A DNA stretch of 40,186 nt from Candidatus Bathyarchaeota archaeon (GCA_020348365.1 CP070749.1:685346-725531); one strand, 5' to 3'; shown: positions 26,501-34,740, numbered from the stretch's first letter. A program made the numbers and translations. The notes: generated by a model from the letters alone, not told the origin.

Positions 26501-28042
26501 TTGAGCGAGAGGCTACAAAGGGCAGTGTCATTCACGATAGAAGCGGGATATCAACTCGACAAAGACGCCTTTATTTTTCTAAACAGCCTCTCCAAAACAG
26601 AAGACCCAATCAGGTTGATGGAGGAAACAATCAAGAAACTGGAGGCCACAACTGAAAAGACCCTCTTCATAGACAAGAATCTCCTAGAAGAAGTAGCACA
26701 AGAAGCCTTCCCAAAAGTTGTAGAGGACCAACCACGATTAGCACAACCTCCACCACACCCTCTTCGAGCAAAGAAAGGCTTTCGCGCGTACGCAAAGGAC
26801 GTTGACTCAGACATAAAGATAATACAAGATCCTACAGATAACATATGCGAAAGCGGAACACTTGAAGAGTACCTTGAGTACTTTCAAGACCGCTTCAAGA
26901 GAATGAAGAAGATTCTTAGACGAAGAATGGATGTCAAAGACGCCTCAACCATATCAGACGCGCTTGAGGCTCCAGCGAATTCGAAGGTCAAGATTATTGG
27001 AATGATAACAGAGAAGAGAGAAGTCAAACAAAAGTTGCTTCTGAGTGTTGAGGATCTAGAGGCGAGTGCCAGTGTACTTGTATCGCCGAAAAGAAATCGG
27101 AAGATTATGAAGAAAGCGCGAGACCTGCTGTTGGACCAAGTTGTCTGCATAGCTGCAGTAAAGGGACGAGACAGCCTACTCATCGCAGAAGACATCATCT
27201 GGCCTGACATGCCACAGAGAAAACCAAACAGTGCTGCAGTACCAGTCTCCGCCGCCCTCATATCAGACTTGCATATCGGAAGCAGAATGTTCATGAAAGA
27301 AGCATTCACACATTTTCTGCTCTGGTTGAACGGAAAGCTTGGAGATGCCAAATCGAAGGCGATAGCAAGTCACGTAAAATACCTAATCATAGCGGGGGAT
27401 ATCGTGGACGGAATAGGTATCTACCCGAAGCAGATGGAAGAGCTGGTCATAGAAGACCTCTACGAGCAATATCGTATGGCATCAAAATTCATCGAAGAGA
27501 TCCCGGATTATATAGAACTAGTAATCATACCTGGAAACCACGATGCCTCTCGAAAGGCGCTTCCTCAACCAGCCATTCCCCAGAGTTTCGCGGAGCCCCT
27601 TAAAGAAGCGAGAAAGGTGTACTCCCTAGGAAATCCATGTACTGTGAGCATCCATGGTGTCGAACTGCTTCTGTGTCACGGACGCAGCTTAGACGACATC
27701 GTCTCCGTCGCTTCAGGTGTAAGCTTTAACTCGCCTGAAAAGGCCATGAAACTCCTCCTGCAAAGCAGACACATGGCACCGGTCTATGGAGGGAAAACCC
27801 CAATAGCCCCAGAAAAGAGAGATTTCATGGTCATAGAAAGACCACCAGATATCCTACACTGTGGACACGTACATGTCCTAAGATACGAGTCGTATCGAGG
27901 GACTCTCCTCGTCAATTCAGGTGCTTGGCAAAGGCAGACCAAATATCAAGAAGAAATGGGGCTGGTTCCCACACCAGGAATAGTGCCTGTTGTTAACCTA
28001 CAGACGCTAGAGGTTGCCCCTATTAGCTTCTCCACGCTTTAG
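26501..28042 (+). CDS. dp1: DNA polymerase II (PolD) small subunit DP1
   Basis: Calcineurin-like phosphodiesterase motifs SDLHIGS, AGDIVDG, GNHD and GHVH in a ~510-aa protein with an N-terminal helical region. TTG start with GGAGG (26486-26490) 10 nt upstream. Confidence 0.9.
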   Translation: MSERLQRAVSFTIEAGYQLDKDAFIFLNSLSKTEDPIRLMEETIKKLEATTEKTLFIDKNLLEEVAQEAFPKVVEDQPRLAQPPPHPLRAKKGFRAYAKDVDSDIKIIQDPTDNICESGTLEEYLEYFQDRFKRMKKILRRRMDVKDASTISDALEAPANSKVKIIGMITEKREVKQKLLLSVEDLEASASVLVSPKRNRKIMKKARDLLLDQVVCIAAVKGRDSLLIAEDIIWPDMPQRKPNSAAVPVSAALISDLHIGSRMFMKEAFTHFLLWLNGKLGDAKSKAIASHVKYLIIAGDIVDGIGIYPKQMEELVIEDLYEQYRMASKFIEEIPDYIELVIIPGNHDASRKALPQPAIPQSFAEPLKEARKVYSLGNPCTVSIHGVELLLCHGRSLDDIVSVASGVSFNSPEKAMKLLLQSRHMAPVYGGKTPIAPEKRDFMVIERPPDILHCGHVHVLRYESYRGTLLVNSGAWQRQTKYQEEMGLVPTPGIVPVVNLQTLEVAPISFSTL

Positions 28043-28413
28043 GCGTCAACATCCATGCAACAAGTCTGGATACCCGTATTGGTTCAGGAATCCTGCAAGA
28101 CATGCAGATAATCTTCAGATTAATTCCCCCCTCCATTTCAGGGGGGCTCCTATCATCTTAATGTATATGGCTAGTTCAATTGGCATGAAGACGAACTTCT
28201 GCACGCGATCAAGTTTCTCGACGACCCCACCTAATTATGCATACGTCAAGTGACCAATGACTGAGCATAGAGATCGTCCTTTTCTTGCGTTTAGACCGTC
28301 CACTTAGATCTTATTCATCTTTAATCTAACGATGAGAATTCCTAGCAGCAATGCATACATGAGCAGAGCTTCTTCATAGACGGATTCTCTGGAGAAAGGA
28401 CCGCCTTCGACAA

Positions 28414-29706
28414 TTACCCTCTCGCTATTTCTGTCAAGCATTTGGGGGCGTAACGAATCAGACGCCTCAGTCTACCATCAGCGACGAAGGCGTCCCTAAG
28501 AAGACTACGTGCCACGCCTAGGCGAATCTTCTTCGTGCGCCCATATCGTCCTAGGCTCGCCACCCTCGCATTCAACAGTCCTATCACGTCTAATTCATTA
28601 ACCAAACTACTCACACGCCTCTGAGTCAGCGGTGCAAACCCGGATTCACCACAGAGTTCACAGTAGATTTCGTAGATGTCGCCTGTAATAGCTAAGCTGA
28701 TTTTTGCTCTGCTCAAGAGGAAAACACTGAATAATACAAGCTTCGAGTGGGCCGGAAGGTTTTCAACAACCTCCATAACTCGGTCATGCTCGATTCTCTT
28801 CTCAGCCCTCCGTACATGGTTCTCCACCACAGCTCCTGCACCCTCACGCTCCGCAATCTCCCCAGCGACGCGGAGAAGGTCTAGAGCTCTTCGTGCATCT
28901 CCATGCTCCGCTGCAGCCAATGCCGCGCATAAACTGACGGCTCCGTCTAGTACCATGTCATCAAAGAAGGCTGACCGGGCACGCTCCCAAAGAATGTCAC
29001 GGAGTTCAGCCGCATCATAGGGTCTGAAAACTATCTCTTCCTCGCTAAGGGAGCTTAAGACTCTAGGATCAAGAAATTCCTTGAATCGAAGGTCATTCGA
29101 GATTCCGATGATTGATGCCTTGCTTGAGTGGAGAGCTTCGTTTATTCTGGTTAACTCATAAAGCAGGATGTCGCCTCGCGTCTTAACAAGGGCATCGATC
29201 TCGTCCAGTACTGGTAGGAAGAGGATGCCTGCTGAATTCAGACCGTATCTAAACCTGTCGAAAACCTCTCCGACCGCTAAACCAGTGAAAGGAACCCGCA
29301 CGCTGATAGCACTACATAAACTTGACAGAACTCGGTATTCTGTCCCAGCTAACCTACAATTTATGTAGCATGTCTTCAACGGCACACCGAGTTCCTCAGC
29401 CTTTATGCTCAATTTGGCCAAAACATGTTTTATTACGGCTGTTTTGCCAGTGCCTGTCTTCCCGTAAATGAAGATATTTGAACATCGAGAGGACCGAAGA
29501 ACCGGTGCAACTACCTCACCCAAGTAGCGAATCTGATTCTGGCGGTGGGGGAGTTTGTCGGGTATGTAATCATGCCGTAGTATTTCTCTATCGCAGAAAA
29601 GCTTAGACCCTTTCAAGAACCGCTCGAAAACATTGTCCAGCACTGAGATTTCATCCATCTCTCTTCTCTCCACGTTTTCTATCTCGTCGTAACAATATGG
29701 TTTCAA
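28414..29706 (-). CDS. cdc6: Orc1/Cdc6 replication initiator
   Basis: Walker A GKTGTGKT, Walker B VLDEID, sensor regions and a C-terminal winged helix. The start may instead be the ATG at 29658 (MDEISVLDNVFE...). Confidence 0.9.
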   Translation of the reverse strand: MKPYCYDEIENVERREMDEISVLDNVFERFLKGSKLFCDREILRHDYIPDKLPHRQNQIRYLGEVVAPVLRSSRCSNIFIYGKTGTGKTAVIKHVLAKLSIKAEELGVPLKTCYINCRLAGTEYRVLSSLCSAISVRVPFTGLAVGEVFDRFRYGLNSAGILFLPVLDEIDALVKTRGDILLYELTRINEALHSSKASIIGISNDLRFKEFLDPRVLSSLSEEEIVFRPYDAAELRDILWERARSAFFDDMVLDGAVSLCAALAAAEHGDARRALDLLRVAGEIAEREGAGAVVENHVRRAEKRIEHDRVMEVVENLPAHSKLVLFSVFLLSRAKISLAITGDIYEIYCELCGESGFAPLTQRRVSSLVNELDVIGLLNARVASLGRYGRTKKIRLGVARSLLRDAFVADGRLRRLIRYAPKCLTEIARG

Positions 29707-29835
29707 AGATGGGCTATAGCAGCGTATATATCAGGATGATAAGCTCTCTCATCCAAAAAACTAAATACAGAGCACAAAAACTTAAAACGCGACCAATAGA
29801 CCAATTGTAGCTCTGTATGTTCTTCTACTGACACA

Positions 29836-29854
29836 CCCCTATGTTTCTTCTGGA
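29836..29854 (-). other. Degenerate origin recognition box (ORB), inverted orientation
   Basis: The plus strand reads CCCC-TAT-GTTTCTTCTGGA. Its reverse complement TCCAGAAGAAAC-ATA-GGGG matches the ORB at 30021 in 10 of 12 core positions and has the same 3-nt spacer to a G run. Confidence 0.45.
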
Positions 29855-29920
29855 ATAGACTAGGTATTTATGGAGAAGAAAGGTTGATTCTTAAAAAGGA
29901 ATAGACCCTACCTTTTAGCC

Positions 29921-29995
29921 TAAGATTCTTTTAAAAAGATTTTCTCTAGACAAAATTATACTTGTAGTAGAAAAAATTTACTACCAAAAGATTTT
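29921..29995. other. AT-rich candidate duplex unwinding element
   Basis: My hand count gives 15 G/C in 75 nt. It contains A/T runs and a GTAGTA-N9-TACTAC inverted repeat (29964-29984). It lies between the two ORB-like elements. Confidence 0.5.
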
Positions 29996-30020
29996 GAGGA
30001 CGGTCTAGGGCTTTCACTGC

Positions 30021-30045
30021 TCCAGTGGAAACTAAGGGGTTGGGG
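30021..30045 (+). other. Origin recognition box (ORB) with G-string
   Basis: TCCAGTGGAAAC-TAA-GGGGTTGGGG matches the conserved archaeal ORB core (..CCAGTGGAAA..) plus the downstream G-rich element described for Pyrococcus and Sulfolobus origins. It lies about 315 bp upstream of cdc6. Confidence 0.7.
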
Positions 30046-30053
30046 AGTATGCA

Positions 30054-30063
30054 TGTGATCACA
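30054..30063. repeat. Perfect 10-bp palindrome TGTGATCACA
   Basis: Read directly from the sequence. It lies 8 nt after the ORB G run and 8 nt before the stop codon of the 30072-30782 gene. It shares its half-site with the palindromes at 30826, 30911 and 31089. Confidence 0.8.
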
Positions 30064-30071
30064 GCGTGATC

Positions 30072-30782
30072 TTAGACTTGCTTCCTTAAGAGCTTCAGCA
30101 TCTCCTTCGTTATGCGATAGGTGTAGGGAATCCTCTGTGCGCTACGCTCCAGATAACCCTCTTCGTAGAGTTTCTTCATCAGGCGTGCGGTATGCTCCCT
30201 AGTGAGTCCTATTTCCCCTCTTATCTCTGGAGCAGTCTTGCGGCTCTTATCAGTGAGGATCTCGAGTACCCGAAGCTCCGTCTCTGTGAGTGGGGCTAGG
30301 GCCTTTTCTCTCCTGATAGGGATAGGTGCGTCTACTTTGGCTCTTTGTGCTCTCGGTTCTGTAGAAATCTCATTTCCCATCTTCTCAACGTCTTCAATTC
30401 TCGCTGCAATCTCTTCTTGGGAAATGACCAAACTCTCCATTCTTGCGTCTACATCCTTGATCTGCGCTGATATCTTCTTTTCGCTTCCTGAGTAAGCATT
30501 AACCTCGGTGGAGAGCTTCCTCAATACCTCTTCTTGTTCCTTTACTCTTCTTTCTATTGCTTCATAACCCGAAGAAAACGCCTTCGTCGTGCCTGACACT
30601 GCACTAAGGGTCTCTTCATATTCCTGGAGTTGACTATTGAAACTCACAATGATATCACCCACGACATCTCGGGCCTCTTCATACTTGTCGCGAACCTTTC
30701 TGATATGCCTACTATACAGAAGAGATGCAATGAGGGTTAGTGTCAGAAGAAGAACCGAGGCCATGAGAAGCGCGTCAAACAA
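30072..30782 (-). CDS. Membrane-anchored coiled-coil protein with C-terminal winged-helix DNA-binding domain
   Basis: N-terminal hydrophobic helix (ASVLLLTLTLIASLLY). About 120 aa of E/K/R-rich heptad-like sequence follows. The C-terminus LTETELRVLEILTDKSRKTAPEIRGEIGLTREHTARLMKKLYEEGYLER....PY.Y..T is MarR/TrmB-like wHTH. Start is TTG 30782 or ATG 30764. Confidence 0.65.
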   Translation of the reverse strand: MFDALLMASVLLLTLTLIASLLYSRHIRKVRDKYEEARDVVGDIIVSFNSQLQEYEETLSAVSGTTKAFSSGYEAIERRVKEQEEVLRKLSTEVNAYSGSEKKISAQIKDVDARMESLVISQEEIAARIEDVEKMGNEISTEPRAQRAKVDAPIPIRREKALAPLTETELRVLEILTDKSRKTAPEIRGEIGLTREHTARLMKKLYEEGYLERSAQRIPYTYRITKEMLKLLRKQV

Positions 30783-30825
30783 TGGCAGAAGCCTCTATGG
30801 CAATGTTCTGAGCACGTGATTCAAG

Positions 30826-30866
30826 TGTGATACGTGTGATCTTCATGGCATATCACAGATATCACA
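30826..30866. promoter_or_regulatory. Nested inverted repeat (four TGTGAT(A)/(T)ATCACA half-sites); candidate operator
   Basis: TGTGATAcgTGTGATCttcatggcaTATCACAgaTATCACA. The outer and inner half-site pairs are both symmetric about position 30846. It lies 44-84 nt upstream of the 30782 start. Confidence 0.6.
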
Positions 30867-30910
30867 TAAATCAACTTAAATGTTACGGTGAACATTAACA
30901 GTTAAGGATG

Positions 30911-30931
30911 TTGTGATATATGACATCACAA
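30911..30931. promoter_or_regulatory. Inverted repeat TTGTGAT-N7-ATCACAA; candidate operator
   Basis: Read directly from the sequence. The 7-bp arms are perfect. Confidence 0.55.
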
Positions 30932-31088
30932 TTCCTACATGATGACGAGTTAGGGCTTAGAGCGTAGCCTTCTTCTGAGGCTTTCTATACTCAGACTGAT
31001 ATGGAACTATCATAGGGTATACATATATTATCATGGGGTAAATGAACTCACACATTTCGCTTTCTACTTCACATAATGGAAAAATCAA

Positions 31089-31107
31089 TGTGATGTGTGA
31101 TATCACG
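31089..31107. repeat. TGTGAT direct copy plus palindrome GTGATATCAC
   Basis: TGTGATG-TGTGATATCACg. The 10-bp perfect palindrome spans 31097-31106 and overlaps the stop codon (31103-31105) of the 31103-31591 gene. Confidence 0.6.
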
Positions 31108-31591
31108 TTTTGCCAGACAATGCTTTTGGGTGAGAGAGATGCTCTAGACTGCCTTCCAATTCTTCCCGCAGTTTGTTGATTATTCTCAGACGTTGACCAT
31201 TAGTGGATTTGCTAGTCAAGACATCTTTGTATACACTTATATATCCTTGCAGTTTGTTGGCAATTTCCAAATAGGGATTCAGGCTCGTCTCCTCAAAAAT
31301 GCCTAGATATCCGAGCAGGAGAATTGTGTATACAGATCTAATTATGTTCTGCCTGGACTGTCTTAGAGTCCTGTTGAAAGCGCCCCTGGTTACCGCTGAA
31401 AGTCGCATTTCAGCCTTATCTTGGTACTTCAATCGTTTTTCGGCTACATTTTCAGCTAAAACATCAATTAACAATGTTTCAAGCTGTGTTCTGGTCAATG
31501 TACTATTTTGGAGGAGTATTTTCACAAATGGGTCCTCTAGAGAGCGTTTTATCCACTTTTGAGTTCTTTCTGGAAAGTTCAATCTGTTCAC
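31103..31591 (-). CDS. Hypothetical protein, possible sigma-70 region-4-like HTH
   Basis: 162 aa. LSAVTRGAFNRTLRQSRQNIIRS resembles the recognition-helix region of region-4/LuxR-like HTHs (..S.gT....L.RAR.K..). No family was recognised. Confidence 0.5.
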   Translation of the reverse strand: MNRLNFPERTQKWIKRSLEDPFVKILLQNSTLTRTQLETLLIDVLAENVAEKRLKYQDKAEMRLSAVTRGAFNRTLRQSRQNIIRSVYTILLLGYLGIFEETSLNPYLEIANKLQGYISVYKDVLTSKSTNGQRLRIINKLREELEGSLEHLSHPKALSGKT

Positions 31592-31705
31592 CGTGATGAC
31601 CTGTGTAGTGGATACGGGTTTGTATACAATCTGAAAAGCTTTACGGTCTTAAGAATCTTGAGTATTCTGATATGCGTTTTAGAGCATGACAAACATAAAC
31701 AATTT

Positions 31706-32908
31706 ATGCTCAGAATAGAATGTGAGAAGATTAGGGTGCTAAAGAGTTTGAAAACTGCAAGGCGATTTAGAAACATCAGGCCCTCTGGTATTCGCCGCCT
31801 CTTCTCACTCGCAAACGGAGTTCCTGATATTGTCCGGTTAGGAATAGGTGAACCTGATTTCGTTCCTCCCCCTCATATTCTAGAGGCAGCCAAGAGATCG
31901 CTAGATGAGGGCAAAACGCATTACGCCCCCAACACAGGCATTGCCGAGTTGCGTGAAGCCTTGGCAGAGAAGGCGAAGCGAGACTACGGCTTATCATATA
32001 ATCCGGACTCTGAGGTCTTAGTTACTGCTGGAGGGGTAGAGGCTATCTTCCTAGCATTAATCGCGCTTATGAATCGCGGCGACGAGGCCCTAGTTTCAGA
32101 TCCAAGTTTTGTATGTTACAGACCAAGCATCTTGATGGCAGGAGGAGTCCCTGTTTCGATACCCGTACTTGAGAAGGACAACTTCAAACTTGACGCTGAG
32201 GTTGTGATGTCACTCATCACAGAAAAATCACGTGTGATTATCACAAATACACCTAACAACCCCACAGGATCCGTTTTAACCCATGACGATATCGCGAAGT
32301 TGGGAAAGCTTGCTGTGGAGCGTGACTTGATTGTGATCTCCGACGAAGTCTATGAAAAGATCATATACGACAATGCGGAGCATCACTGTTTAGCCACCTT
32401 TCCGGGGATGCAGGAGCGCACTATTGTGATAAACTCTTTCTCTAAGACCTACTCGATGACGGGCTTTCGTGTTGGCTGTGCTATGGGACCTGAGAATTTG
32501 ATCTCCGCTATGACGCTTGCTCACCAATTTATCACTGCGTGCGTAAACAGTCCCGCTCAACATGCCGCTGTAGCTGCTTTGAGAGGATCACAGAAATTCG
32601 TGAAGGACATGGTTAATGAGTTTGACAGGCGACGTCGACTTCTTCATTCCAGACTTAATGAAATTGGAGGCTTCGGCTGTTCCCTTCCCCAAGGAGCCTT
32701 TTACGCATTCGCAAACATCAAGGAATTTGGAATATCTTCTGAAGAATTTTCTGAACGTCTCCTTAACGAGGGGAAGATTGTTACTGTACCTGGCTCCGCT
32801 TTTGGCAGGTACGGTGAGGGGTACATAAGAATCTCGTATGCTACTGCTTATGAGAAGGTAGAAGAAGCGTTGGATCGGATAGAGAAGATTGCTGGAAACT
32901 TCATGTAA
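31706..32908 (+). CDS. Class I/II pyridoxal-phosphate aminotransferase (aspartate aminotransferase-like)
   Basis: PSGIRRLFSLA near the N-terminus, GEPDF, NPNNPTG-like NTPNNPTG, and the PLP-lysine motif SFSKTYSMTGFRVG. The track start (31559) overlaps the upstream divergent gene, so I use the ATG at 31706. GTG 31736 is also possible. Confidence 0.8.
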   Translation: MLRIECEKIRVLKSLKTARRFRNIRPSGIRRLFSLANGVPDIVRLGIGEPDFVPPPHILEAAKRSLDEGKTHYAPNTGIAELREALAEKAKRDYGLSYNPDSEVLVTAGGVEAIFLALIALMNRGDEALVSDPSFVCYRPSILMAGGVPVSIPVLEKDNFKLDAEVVMSLITEKSRVIITNTPNNPTGSVLTHDDIAKLGKLAVERDLIVISDEVYEKIIYDNAEHHCLATFPGMQERTIVINSFSKTYSMTGFRVGCAMGPENLISAMTLAHQFITACVNSPAQHAAVAALRGSQKFVKDMVNEFDRRRRLLHSRLNEIGGFGCSLPQGAFYAFANIKEFGISSEEFSERLLNEGKIVTVPGSAFGRYGEGYIRISYATAYEKVEEALDRIEKIAGNFM

Positions 32909-33009
32909 GAAGCCGATCTTGAAAGATTAGACGTGCCTCTAGTTTCTGCTTCCTGCAGAATCATAGATATTTGTGGCCGTCATCCGAGCGAGGTTTCAGT
33001 AACAGTTCC

Positions 33010-33843
33010 TCATAGGGCCTCCGCATGTGTCTTCAGAAGATCATAAAATGCTGGTCTCAAGTCGCGGAGCATTGGAACAAATGCTTCTATTCGTGCCAAG
33101 TCAGCGTAGTCAACTTCTCCTGTCACCAAATCTTCCTCGTCATACCTCGCGCGGGTGATAATGCGACCGCTTGGTGCTATTATCCTGCTGCCCCCCCAAA
33201 ATTGCAGCCCATCTTCCAAGCCGACAAGGTTGGTGTAAGCCAGAAAAACAGTGTTTTCCATAGCTCTAGCAGCTGTGAATACCTCAAAGAACTTGCGCCG
33301 CACGGCTGGGGAGGCTGATATGCAGACTATGAACTGGGCGCCTTTCAGCCGTAATAGACGGAATATTTCTGGGAAGAATATGTCGTAGCAAATTGTGAGA
33401 CCGAGTCTTCCGATGTCAGTTTCAAAGACGGGTAGTTGATATCCTGGTCGGAAATATCTCTTCTCTTCGAAGACGCTGTGAGTTGGTAGCTGCATCTTTC
33501 TATATTTGCCGATGAATCCCTTTGGACCTAGTAGAACCGCAGTATTGTAGATGACTCCTCGGGCTTTGTCGCTGCGCTCCAGCATCCCAAAAACCATATG
33601 TAACTTTTCGCCTCTTACAATCCTCTCCAATAAGTTAATAGATGATCCTGGAATTGTCTCTGCCAAACCATAGGTGAGATCACGAGTCAGATATCCTGTC
33701 AAAGAAAGCTCTGGAAAAACTACAAGATCAGCACCCTTCTCTTTTGCTTGCCTGATGTTCTTCTTCATCAATTCAATGTTGTATCTCTTATCTCCAACCT
33801 TGCACTCTATTTGCGCTGAGGCCACATTGATTTTCTTTGACAT
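33010..33843 (-). CDS. Carbon-nitrogen hydrolase (nitrilase superfamily)
   Basis: The Glu-Lys-Cys catalytic context is present: VVFPEL, YRKMQLP and LTICYDIFFPE. Confidence 0.8.
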   Translation of the reverse strand: MSKKINVASAQIECKVGDKRYNIELMKKNIRQAKEKGADLVVFPELSLTGYLTRDLTYGLAETIPGSSINLLERIVRGEKLHMVFGMLERSDKARGVIYNTAVLLGPKGFIGKYRKMQLPTHSVFEEKRYFRPGYQLPVFETDIGRLGLTICYDIFFPEIFRLLRLKGAQFIVCISASPAVRRKFFEVFTAARAMENTVFLAYTNLVGLEDGLQFWGGSRIIAPSGRIITRARYDEEDLVTGEVDYADLARIEAFVPMLRDLRPAFYDLLKTHAEAL

Positions 33844-33888
33844 CTGCTATTTCCTCGGAGTTGTATAGAGAACTTTATGGGAAAAGGT

Positions 33889-34740
33889 TTATTGCATGGT
33901 GTAGGGAAGCCTGAAGTCTGCTCCAACAGTCCTAAATGCGAGCTTTGTCGTCAGAGGTGCACGCCTTTTATGTTCGCTAGATAACCATCGTCTTCGAATC
34001 TCCTCAACACGCTTTAGAGGCAGCTTAAGCTGATTGGCTATCTCTTGGGGCGTCATGAAACGCTCTAGGCCGAACAGGATCAGATCCAGCGTTTCATATT
34101 TGATTCCTAATTCGTCTTCCGCCAGTTGACCTGGCCACAGTCTTGGGGTCGATGGTTTCTGGGCTATTTCTGCAGGGATGCCAATGTGTAAGGCTAGTTG
34201 CCTGACCTGCGTCTTGTAGAGATCCATGAGGGGGGATATATCCGCAGCAACATCTCCCCATTTTGTGAAGTATCCTATCATCGTTTCTGATTTGTCCGAG
34301 CTGCCACAGACTATTCTTTTGAGTATGTTGCCATAATAGTAGAGAAAGACCATTCTCATTCTGGCTTTCAGATTTCCCTTACTGACCTTATCTGCTTCCT
34401 CATATATGTGAAGCGCTCTGAAACAGGCCCTAAGCACGGATGAGAGGTCAATGATCTCCAGATTGAAATCAAACTTCTCAGCAACGGTCTTAGCATGTTC
34501 AATGTCAGTTGCGTTGTATGTCTCCTCTTCATGTAGCATAATACCTAATACTCTATGGCCGCCCAGAGCTAGCGAAGAGAGAGCCGCAGTTGTACAGCTG
34601 TCGACACCGCCCGACACCCCCAAAACAACGCCGCTTGATCTACACTTGTTGACATAATCTGCAATAAAACGCCTGATTCTAGTCTCAACTGATGGCAAAT
34701 CCGAGTTCAAAACAGTGCTTGTTAACTTCAATCTAGACAC
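33889..34740 (-). CDS. nadE: NAD+ synthetase NadE (single-domain)
   Basis: PP-loop VLGVSGGVDS plus conserved downstream NadE segments (KGN.KAR.RM, K.Q). 283 aa, with no fused glutaminase domain. Confidence 0.85.
   Translation of the reverse strand: MSRLKLTSTVLNSDLPSVETRIRRFIADYVNKCRSSGVVLGVSGGVDSCTTAALSSLALGGHRVLGIMLHEEETYNATDIEHAKTVAEKFDFNLEIIDLSSVLRACFRALHIYEEADKVSKGNLKARMRMVFLYYYGNILKRIVCGSSDKSETMIGYFTKWGDVAADISPLMDLYKTQVRQLALHIGIPAEIAQKPSTPRLWPGQLAEDELGIKYETLDLILFGLERFMTPQEIANQLKLPLKRVEEIRRRWLSSEHKRRAPLTTKLAFRTVGADFRLPYTMQ

Noticed and set aside
28014-28253. 79-aa plus-strand ORF in the DP1/cdc6 gap
   Set aside because: It overlaps the DP1 3' end, its composition is unlike a protein (rich in R, P, S and N), and it has no motif or ribosome-binding site.
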